DNA from: Promethearchaeota archaeon | GTDB lineage: Archaea; Asgardarchaeota; Lokiarchaeia; Sigyniarchaeales; SOKP01 | DNA: 45,998 nt | Direction: 5' to 3' | Assembly (NCBI GenBank): GCA_019058295.1 | Contig: JAHPZI010000003.1 | Location: 1-45,998 of the forward strand | In this document: piece after piece, positions 9,465 to 17,902 of the stretch | How positions within the stretch are numbered: position 1 is the stretch's first letter | Layout: each line of letters opens with the position of its first letter | Program-made: the position numbers and the translations under genes | The notes under the pieces: generated by a model | What the model saw: the letters and a program-made list of their open reading frames with translations, nothing else | Told to the model about the DNA's origin: nothing | Database searches by the model: none

Positions 9465-12419
9465 TTAACTCTCAAAAAGTTGTTTTTTGATATAGTTTAT
9501 GATATCATCTATTTTCAAATCATTTCTAGAGATGAAACCTTGTCCAAAATCTTTCCTGCCTCCCCCTTTTCCGCCAAATTGAGATACACATTTGCTAACA
9601 AAATTACCCATATTAAACTCCAATTTCTCTGAGGGACTTTCTCCCACCATTCCCATAATTGATATTCCATTTTGGGTCTTATTTAAGAATATAAGTATTA
9701 AATCATTTTTATCTTTTAAAATCTTAACTCCAAAATTCTTTAGATCATTTTGCTCTAAGTTTTCAAAAGATTCAATTATCAGTTTAAATTTATTGAATTC
9801 ATAAGCATTTTTTATCAGATTGTTTATATTTTCATTGCTAAAGAGTCTCTGAATCTTTTTTATCTTAACTTTAGCTTCATCCCATTCTTGATATAGTTTT
9901 TCTATTTTTGAAGGAACTTGGTCTTTCTTAATATTGAGAAAGTATGAAATTTCAGTTAAAATATCTCCCTTGAAAACATCATTAGAAGTTAATTTTAGAT
10001 CACTTTCATTAAAGTTTCCAGTTGTTAGAGATTTATTTACATTTTTCCATTTTTCTAAAAGTTCTCTAACTCTTCCTACTATTTTATCTGAATCAATTTT
10101 CATCAGAGTTACTAGTTCATTTAAAATTTCTTTATCTTTCTTTTTAATTCGTTCTGTAGCTTTTCCAGCTGTAAATTTTAATCTTACGACGCCATCCTGA
10201 ATTTTTTGTGATTTTATTATTTTAATTTTACCTGTTTCTGCTGTGTTATTTAAATGGGTACCACCGCATGCTTCTACATCCACATCTGGAATCTCTACTA
10301 TCCGAATATTTTTACCAGGAACAGCTCCACCTTGGTATATTGCCATTCCATACTTTTTCTCAGCTTCCGTCCTCGGGATAAAATCTAAATAGAGATCAAT
10401 TCCTTGTTCAACTATTTCGTTTGCACGCCTTTCAATTTCTTTGAGTTTATCTCTAGAGATTTGTTCAAAGTGAGTGATATCTAGATGAGAGCTTTTAAGC
10501 GTTTTTTTAGCACCTGCCTGATTAACATGACTACCTAAAACATCTCGAGCAGCTGCATTAACAATATGAGTTGCTGTATGATGCTGAGAAAGTTGTCTAC
10601 GCCATTTTTCATCGACTTTTATTTTAACAATATCTCCTTCTTTAAATTTTGGTTTTTCATCTAAAATATGAATAATGTAGTTACCTTGTTTGAAAACATC
10701 GCTGAATCTTTGATTATTAATAGTACCAATATCGTGTAATTGACCTCCAGATGTTGGATATGCTACTGATTTATCTAAAACAACCATATTATCAAAAATT
10801 TTCAATACTTTAGCTTTATTAGTAGTTTCAGTGTAATCATAGTAATAGAGAGATTTTGTCTCAGGAAGTCCATTTAAATCTAATTCCAATTCTCTTTCTG
10901 TTGCATGAATTTGCTCAACCTTTTCATGTCTTTCGACAACTAAAGAATAGAAATCATCTGGAATTTTCACCTTCTTGTCATATTTTTTAGCTGCGTCTTT
11001 AACCATATCTGGGCTAATTCCATTAGAATCGTATAATTCTATTAAAGTATCAGTAGAGATATCCCCTTTTTTCAAGATCTTTTCTAAAATTTTTCCAGCT
11101 TTTTTCTTTGTGGCGTAAAATTTTTCCTTTTCGACATTAAGAATTTCTCTAATTTCGTCTAAATGTTCAGAAACTTCAGGAAAGAGGACTTTTAATTCTT
11201 CAGCGTGCCAAGAGCATACATCCGCCATATCTATATTCCAATCAAATTTGTCAATAAAGCTTATGGCACGCCTAAAAATCACTCTTAAATTATAACCACC
11301 ACCTACATTTGAGGGAAGTTTACCATCATTAATTGCAAACAATAAAGTTCGAGCGTGCTCAGCAATTGAATATAATCCGGTCATTGGTAATATTTTTTCT
11401 TTTAACACCTTAACATCTATCTGTAATTCCTTACCAACGCGATTCCAAGCAGCGTCCATATCATCAACTTCGTCAATATTTAGATATGCAGAATATTGAG
11501 AGAATCTATTATATAGCTCTAAATCTAATTCGATTTTTGTAATTTCTCTTAATTTTGATAGGACATGAGGAAAAATTGCTTCATACATATTAGGAGTACC
11601 CTGTGAAAACCATGCAACTCGTTCTTGTCCAAGGCCCATATCTAAAACTTTAAGCTGTAATTCACGTGGGCCTTCAGGGGATTGTTCAAACATAGTATAA
11701 ACTTGATTAAAAAGTTCAACACCTCTACTAAAGAATTCAAGACTACATCCAAAAGAGCCTCCACCTGCCCAACTATCTTCATGAATAGTAATTTCTTCCT
11801 TCGCAAGACCAACCCCTTTATGGATAAAATCATGCATGTCCATAAAAAGCTGCCCTTGATCCCATTCTTGGGGTGAAACAAATGTATGCTGTCCAATCAT
11901 TACAAAACCAGTGTTATGACTTCCAGTAACCCCTACATTCTCGATGTCATTAAATCTCAAACAGAACTGAGGGATTAATAATTTTTTTGCTGGGGGTTCC
12001 ACCTCACCTGTTATAACATATGGCTGAAATGCTGAAATTGAAGCTATGGTAAACTCAGATGTGGGATTCCACCTTGCTACACATGGATACCTTTTTATTG
12101 GTTGATATCCTCTTGGCTCTAAAATTTCAACAATTTTGTTCCAAACATCGATAAATGATAGTTTTATTGCTGATGGATTATCTATGACAACTTGAAATCC
12201 TCCTGAACAAGCTGGGTCTCCACAAACTTCTCTATCATTATGAACAGTCCAAAAATAGGTTCCGCACTTACATAATTTTCTCATATATCCAAGTTTTTTG
12301 AGCTCTTCAGTAGGAAAATATTTCTCGGGTTCTTTTGATGCGATTTTTTTGAAGACGCTTTTCAGCTCTTTATCTGTTTTGCTGTTTTTAAGCTGTGTCT
12401 CAAGGTCATTAGAAGGCAT
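9465..12419 (-). CDS. alaS: Alanine--tRNA ligase, archaeal type
   Basis: N-terminal Cys-rich CKCGTYFWT..CGDPAC, class II motifs (CLRFNDIENVG, DMGLGQER), editing domain HTATH and EACGGTH, C-terminal GGKGGG; start ATG 12419 (ORF track TTG 12428). Confidence 0.95.
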   Translation of the reverse strand: MPSNDLETQLKNSKTDKELKSVFKKIASKEPEKYFPTEELKKLGYMRKLCKCGTYFWTVHNDREVCGDPACSGGFQVVIDNPSAIKLSFIDVWNKIVEILEPRGYQPIKRYPCVARWNPTSEFTIASISAFQPYVITGEVEPPAKKLLIPQFCLRFNDIENVGVTGSHNTGFVMIGQHTFVSPQEWDQGQLFMDMHDFIHKGVGLAKEEITIHEDSWAGGGSFGCSLEFFSRGVELFNQVYTMFEQSPEGPRELQLKVLDMGLGQERVAWFSQGTPNMYEAIFPHVLSKLREITKIELDLELYNRFSQYSAYLNIDEVDDMDAAWNRVGKELQIDVKVLKEKILPMTGLYSIAEHARTLLFAINDGKLPSNVGGGYNLRVIFRRAISFIDKFDWNIDMADVCSWHAEELKVLFPEVSEHLDEIREILNVEKEKFYATKKKAGKILEKILKKGDISTDTLIELYDSNGISPDMVKDAAKKYDKKVKIPDDFYSLVVERHEKVEQIHATERELELDLNGLPETKSLYYYDYTETTNKAKVLKIFDNMVVLDKSVAYPTSGGQLHDIGTINNQRFSDVFKQGNYIIHILDEKPKFKEGDIVKIKVDEKWRRQLSQHHTATHIVNAAARDVLGSHVNQAGAKKTLKSSHLDITHFEQISRDKLKEIERRANEIVEQGIDLYLDFIPRTEAEKKYGMAIYQGGAVPGKNIRIVEIPDVDVEACGGTHLNNTAETGKIKIIKSQKIQDGVVRLKFTAGKATERIKKKDKEILNELVTLMKIDSDKIVGRVRELLEKWKNVNKSLTTGNFNESDLKLTSNDVFKGDILTEISYFLNIKKDQVPSKIEKLYQEWDEAKVKIKKIQRLFSNENINNLIKNAYEFNKFKLIIESFENLEQNDLKNFGVKILKDKNDLILIFLNKTQNGISIMGMVGESPSEKLEFNMGNFVSKCVSQFGGKGGGRKDFGQGFISRNDLKIDDIINYIKKQLFES

Positions 12420-12524
12420 TTTAATCAAGTTTCATTAAAGTATAATCTTGAAATATAGATGATTACTAAGAAATAAAATAAAACATTTCCTAAAACTATT
12501 ATTATTATTCCTAATATAACAAAT

Positions 12525-15500
12525 TTAGGAATAACAGGTCCTATTGATAATAACCTTTTTCATCTCATCAGAAAGCTCATTAAAGTAGGCGCAGTAACCG
12601 GCAATACGAACCATAAGGTTGGGGTGTTTTTCTGGGTTTTTATAGGCTTCCAGTAATATTTCACGGTTAATGACATTGGGTTGAAGTTCCATTCCCCCTT
12701 TTGTAAGAAATGTCTTTATTATACTTGCCAGATTTTTTACACCCTCTTTGCCCTGAAACAATGCGGAATCAATAGTAAACGTAACCGTTGTACCATTTTC
12801 AGCATGATCTATAAAATTAACCCCAGCGATAGAATTCAGTGACGAAAATAGATCCGATTGTTCCATTCCATAATGCGGAATAATACTGTTGGCAAGAGGA
12901 ACGCCTTTTAATCTTCCCGAAGGCAGGGCTGGGGTATTTTTACCATATCTAGTACAGACATTCAAGGCATAATAGCCAGCTGAATATCTGCCGTTTCGCG
13001 GACAATTCTTCACAGAGTCCAGAGCATTATTATAAATCTCCATTACTTTGGTTACCCATTCTGTAGCTTCACGAGATGAATCATCACCGAATTTTGGTAT
13101 CGCGAGCAATGCAGACCGGATATTCTGGTTATAGTCCCCTTGGAAATTTTTTTCGATGGCATAAATGATGTCACTGATACTATAAAGTTTTTTCTTGAAT
13201 ACAACCTCATTGATGGCATACAACGAATCTGCGACATCCGTAACCCCTAACGCTTGAATACCACTGCTGTTAAAGGTTGTACCGCCTTCGTTTACATCTT
13301 TTCCACTTTCAATACATCCATTAAAGAGTGAGGAGGCAAGAGGTGTTGTAAAATTTTTACAAAGCTCTTTTTCAATTTTCTGGTGATCGGTCAATATTGA
13401 ATTTGCCAGATGGTTCAATCGTGTCTGGAAGCGTTCAAGTAATTCATCCATACTGGATGGTGGGTTATAAATATAGAGACCTTTCTTACTATTACGCCTT
13501 TTAATTAGCTTGTTAAAAATAGTATTAATGTACCTGGAAATTATATTTTTCTTGTATGAATATAAGTATTTATTAAAATTTTTTATTAATTGCAATAATG
13601 CCTCACGGAATCCATAATTCCATAGATCATGTCTATGACCTCTAATTGCCTGCAATAAAGGAAGAGCAAGATTCATATTGGCACAATCTGTATTGCCAAA
13701 ATGGTCATCTGAAGCATTAGGTTCAACACATCCTATTATTGAATAATTTCTCGCATTTTCCAGAGTAGTAGAATAATGTCTTTGTATGGTTTCTATGTAA
13801 ATCTCATCGCTGAATAATTGTGGTATAGGACATCCGTTGATATATCCCTCTGCAATTCTTTCCAGATATTGAGCAGGACTGTTTTTATGAACTCGTGCTG
13901 CCATATCTACACATCGCGGCAGCAGTTCACAGGCATCAATCAGCATATAGGTAATGTCATTGGTGGCATCCCTGCCGTCCTTGTCAACACCGCCAAAAGT
14001 CAAAGCCTGATCTGTAGAGAGAGTCTCAAAATTCTTAGAGATACTTAAAAATGATTCGCCATCATTTATAAAAAATACTTCATCCATTTTGAGAATAAAT
14101 AAACAAAGAAGTTCTTTTGCTTTCTCGTAAGTAATTAACCCTGCTTCTTTGTCCTTTTTATAATAAGGATACAAGATCTGATCAAGACGTCCATAGGAGA
14201 CCGCATTTTCAAAAGATTCAAGGCAAAGCGCGATTTGTATAAACAACATGGATTGCAGAGCTTCATGAAATGTGCGGGCGGGATACATAGGAACATGCCT
14301 ACAGATCCTTTCCATTTCTTCCAATTCCATGCGACGCTCCGGATCTTTTTCTTTCTTGCTCAAACTCGACAATTTTTCAGCATATTTCAGAGCAAAAGAT
14401 TCCAATCCTTTTAGAGCAATTATGATACTATTATAAAAATCCTGATTATTCTCAGGCTTTTCTTTTTGCTTTGCCTTAATCTCTTCTATGAGACCAGAGG
14501 TTCCTAGATTAAGAATGCGTTTAAAATTTACAATATAATGCGCTATTGATACTAAATTATTATTAAATCCAGAATCCATCTCTGAAGTTCGTCCCAGATA
14601 GAAGATAAACTCAGATAATTTTGGATATACCTTCTTTAAAAGGCTATGTTTCGACCAGAAAGGATATATCCGAAAATAAAAGTAGAGCCTATCTTTACGA
14701 GAAATGTGGAATGAAACCGGTTTTTGGCGATTTATTTTATAGAGAAACATTATAGCCGAAGTGCCAGCGTATTCTTCCCAAAGCTGGCCAGCGGTTCTTT
14801 TGGATGTAAAATTACCAACGAGTAGCTCCCGGGGATAGATTATGACTTTCTTATTTCGTAATACATACGAAAGACGTTCTGCCCTATGAATGGGGGTCGG
14901 CTTTTTAAAACCGTGCTTCTTATAATACTTTGTTTTAAGTTTAGCTGCTTCTATACAAAGAGCCAGCCTACTCTCTCTTATATCTTTCTGTATTTCTTTA
15001 ACACGCTGCGTAAAGACGGTTTGATGTCCGGAAGAATCTAGATCCGTGTTTTCGGCCTTAATGCCATAAGATTTGAATAATTTTACTCCATTTTTTAGTG
15101 ATACAAGGCTTTGTTCTGGGGTGATATTTAATGAAGCCACATCCAGACCAAGACGTTGAGCTTTTTCTTCATACAAGTTGTGGTATTTCATTAATTCAAT
15201 TGAGTTATACTTGATTGATTTTAAAAAATCAGAAGTGTTTTGTATATTGCTTTTACTATCGGTGAATCCCGGCACCATTACCATTCGAAATTTAATTTTG
15301 GCGTTTAAATCAATTAATTTCTTTATATTGCTATGGATCAAGGTGCTGTCTTGTTTTGTGTATTTTATATGGAGCTTGTCGTCACCAACAACCTTAAGAT
15401 CAACGAGAAAAAGATCTATGTAAGGTGCGATTTTACTGATATTTTTCCAAGGCGCATGAAGCGATGTTTCAGCGGTTATCTTTATATTTTCTTTTTTTAA

Positions 15501-15803
15501 TAATTTCAATAAATCTATTAGACTATTCGGGTCTTGTAAGAGAGGCTCACCGCCGCTCAGCGTCACTCCACCGTTGGTTGAGCGGTAATAATCAATATCT
15601 CTCGAAACCACTTCCATTATGTCGTCTATTGAATAATTACAATCAGACGCCATGACGCCCTGAAATGATTGCATTTCTGGATTTTGACACCATAAACATC
15701 TCAAATTGCACCCCTTGAAAAACAATGTGGTATTAATCCCGGGGCCGTCATAAACACAGGTACGTTGTATTTGAAAGGTTTTTAGGCTTTCAGTTGTTTG
15801 CAT
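12525..15803 (-). CDS. Fusion of glycyl-radical enzyme activating enzyme (radical SAM) and PFL-family glycyl radical enzyme
   Basis: N-terminus DGPG..T.FFKGCNLRCLWCQNPE and GGVTLSGGEPL; C-terminal part with VSYGRLDQILYPYY, Cys loop GCVEP and Gly loop VRIAGY; one uninterrupted ORF. Confidence 0.9.
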   Translation of the reverse strand: MQTTESLKTFQIQRTCVYDGPGINTTLFFKGCNLRCLWCQNPEMQSFQGVMASDCNYSIDDIMEVVSRDIDYYRSTNGGVTLSGGEPLLQDPNSLIDLLKLLKKENIKITAETSLHAPWKNISKIAPYIDLFLVDLKVVGDDKLHIKYTKQDSTLIHSNIKKLIDLNAKIKFRMVMVPGFTDSKSNIQNTSDFLKSIKYNSIELMKYHNLYEEKAQRLGLDVASLNITPEQSLVSLKNGVKLFKSYGIKAENTDLDSSGHQTVFTQRVKEIQKDIRESRLALCIEAAKLKTKYYKKHGFKKPTPIHRAERLSYVLRNKKVIIYPRELLVGNFTSKRTAGQLWEEYAGTSAIMFLYKINRQKPVSFHISRKDRLYFYFRIYPFWSKHSLLKKVYPKLSEFIFYLGRTSEMDSGFNNNLVSIAHYIVNFKRILNLGTSGLIEEIKAKQKEKPENNQDFYNSIIIALKGLESFALKYAEKLSSLSKKEKDPERRMELEEMERICRHVPMYPARTFHEALQSMLFIQIALCLESFENAVSYGRLDQILYPYYKKDKEAGLITYEKAKELLCLFILKMDEVFFINDGESFLSISKNFETLSTDQALTFGGVDKDGRDATNDITYMLIDACELLPRCVDMAARVHKNSPAQYLERIAEGYINGCPIPQLFSDEIYIETIQRHYSTTLENARNYSIIGCVEPNASDDHFGNTDCANMNLALPLLQAIRGHRHDLWNYGFREALLQLIKNFNKYLYSYKKNIISRYINTIFNKLIKRRNSKKGLYIYNPPSSMDELLERFQTRLNHLANSILTDHQKIEKELCKNFTTPLASSLFNGCIESGKDVNEGGTTFNSSGIQALGVTDVADSLYAINEVVFKKKLYSISDIIYAIEKNFQGDYNQNIRSALLAIPKFGDDSSREATEWVTKVMEIYNNALDSVKNCPRNGRYSAGYYALNVCTRYGKNTPALPSGRLKGVPLANSIIPHYGMEQSDLFSSLNSIAGVNFIDHAENGTTVTFTIDSALFQGKEGVKNLASIIKTFLTKGGMELQPNVINREILLEAYKNPEKHPNLMVRIAGYCAYFNELSDEMKKVIINRTCYS

Positions 15804-16117
15804 TTTTGACTAATTCTAAATATATACATTAACTCTAGTAAGTATATAATAATATAAATCAACGGAATAATATTAATTTTCTTTTTATGTATTGGTTAAT
15901 TTTTCTTGAAAATGATTATAAATTATAACTTAATGCTTTCTTATTATTTTTTCCAATATTTCTATATTAATAAAAAACATTTATTATGGCGGAAAAAAAC
16001 TAGAAATAGTTCATTATTTAGTTCTATTTATCTTTTTCTAAAGATTTAAAAGACATTTCTATTATTAATTTTGAGAAAAATTTCAAATTTAGAGAATATA
16101 TTTTAAAAAGTGATATT

Positions 16118-16696
16118 ATGAGTGATGATGAAGAAAGAGGATTTGTTTTTAAAATTGCGGTGATAGGAGATGGTGCTGTAGGAAAAACATCCCTAATTAA
16201 AAAGTATACTTCCGGTGAATTTAATGAGAAATATATAATGACATTAGGGGCACAGTTTACAGAACACAATACTGTTATTCACGACAACCCAATAAGGCTT
16301 GTTTTATGGGACATTGCAGGACAGGAGCAATTTGCCCAACTCCGACAAGGATTTTACAAGGGAAGTAGAGCCTGCATAATTGTTTTCTCTCACGAAGAAA
16401 ATGAACTCGGAGAAAATAGTTTTAATAACATTTCTAAATGGCTTAATGACATAAAGAAGAATTGTGGGAATTTACCAATCATTTTATTTGGAAATAAAAT
16501 CGATTTAATTAAAGATATTGATAAAATAGCCCAAGACAAAGATTATCCAAAATCAAACGACAATATTGATAAAATGGTGGAGGGATACAACTTCCTTGGT
16601 TATTATCTAACGAGTGCACTAACAGGGATAGGAGTTAACGAGGCTTTCCAAATATTATGTGAGAAACTATATCAGATATATAAGGATTTTGCATAA
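16118..16696 (+). CDS. Rab-like small GTPase
   Basis: Complete G1 GDGAVGKTS, G2 T, G3 WDIAGQ, G4 NKID, G5 TSA; no C-terminal prenylation cysteines. Confidence 0.9.
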   Translation: MSDDEERGFVFKIAVIGDGAVGKTSLIKKYTSGEFNEKYIMTLGAQFTEHNTVIHDNPIRLVLWDIAGQEQFAQLRQGFYKGSRACIIVFSHEENELGENSFNNISKWLNDIKKNCGNLPIILFGNKIDLIKDIDKIAQDKDYPKSNDNIDKMVEGYNFLGYYLTSALTGIGVNEAFQILCEKLYQIYKDFA

Positions 16697-16763
16697 ATAA
16701 TTTTCCAATATAGCCAAATTTATTGGTTTCTCTTTTTTTCGAGATTATGATTCTAAAATATTT

Positions 16764-16778
16764 AAAAAAAAAAAAAAA
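16764..16778 (-). terminator. Oligo(T) archaeal terminator candidate
   Basis: 15-nt A run on +, i.e. T run on -, just after the stop of 16784..17902. Confidence 0.4.
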
Positions 16779-16783
16779 GTTTT

Positions 16784-17902
16784 TTAAGTAGTTTCTTTAC
16801 TTTTAGCTTTTAGTTGTGCTTTGTGTTCAAAATAAGCATTTTCCAGTACATTTAAGTATTCTATTAAGACTCTATCTGATTTTGATTTTACATCGTATTC
16901 TGAAATTATTGTTTGCAAAATATATTTTGGAAAAATTTTGGCAATGTAAAAATCAGAGAGCATTGCATAATATTCAATACCTTTAGAGCTCTGGAAGACA
17001 TGGACTATTTGATTCTCCCATAAGATTTTTAGTACCCCATCGACATCCTCAACGCCTTTCTTTTTAAGTTTTTCAATTTCGTTTTTAGTACAAATAGAAG
17101 TTCTCAACAATTTTAATGTCTGATAAACTTGAGGATCCATCAAAATATTTATCAGTTTTAAATTGTCTTCTTCTGATGGACGATAATTTTGGAAAAAATT
17201 TTTTACTTCTATATAATAATCATTAGTAAAATTCTCTGGCAAGCCTAGCTCTACAGAATTTTTCAGCAATTTATTTGGAGGAGGTCTTCGAGATATTAAC
17301 AAATCATTAATGAAAAAAATCAACTCTGAAGGCATACCTTTTACAGATGATTCCTTTATAATATCAATTTTAATTAAATCGACGATAAGCGCATTTATAT
17401 CCACATATCCGTGTCGATATTTGTCTTTAAGCCAGATAACTAATTCTGATTTAGTAAATACACCTTCTTCTCTGAGCCGTTCGATAATCATTCTTTTAAC
17501 CTGATCTTCGTAAGCAATAGCAAGTCTTAATTCTTCAGATAGACTTGGATAAACAGAAATACGATTGAAAAGAGATGGTAACAATGTTTTAAAGGTTTTT
17601 TCCTCAATATTTTGTAAAATCATTCTACTAATGTCAGATAATCCTCCCTCATAAGCATCTGCATCTTCATTTAAATTTAGAAGTAAGACAATGTAATAAC
17701 CCACATCAGGGCCACTATAATAAGAAATGAGATTTAAAGGACCAACCATCAAACTGATTACGCCTGCTTCGCCGCTATATTCGTGTGCACTGTAGATCTG
17801 CATCAATGTGTCTTCACTTAGTTCAATCTCTTCTGGATATTTGGCTTCAATTTTCGTACCAAGACGTTTATCCCATCTCATGACTATTATTCCAATTGGC
17901 AT
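16784..17902 (-). CDS. Hypothetical protein with N-terminal longin/uDENN-like domain and two winged-helix-like repeats
   Basis: IGIIVMRWDKRLGTKIEAKYP resembles the longin/uDENN hhhxxFDxxxGPxhxxxxP start; two helix-turn-helix-plus-hairpin segments follow; GGAGGTG RBS lies in the end of the upstream gene. Confidence 0.6.
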   Translation of the reverse strand: MPIGIIVMRWDKRLGTKIEAKYPEEIELSEDTLMQIYSAHEYSGEAGVISLMVGPLNLISYYSGPDVGYYIVLLLNLNEDADAYEGGLSDISRMILQNIEEKTFKTLLPSLFNRISVYPSLSEELRLAIAYEDQVKRMIIERLREEGVFTKSELVIWLKDKYRHGYVDINALIVDLIKIDIIKESSVKGMPSELIFFINDLLISRRPPPNKLLKNSVELGLPENFTNDYYIEVKNFFQNYRPSEEDNLKLINILMDPQVYQTLKLLRTSICTKNEIEKLKKKGVEDVDGVLKILWENQIVHVFQSSKGIEYYAMLSDFYIAKIFPKYILQTIISEYDVKSKSDRVLIEYLNVLENAYFEHKAQLKAKSKETT

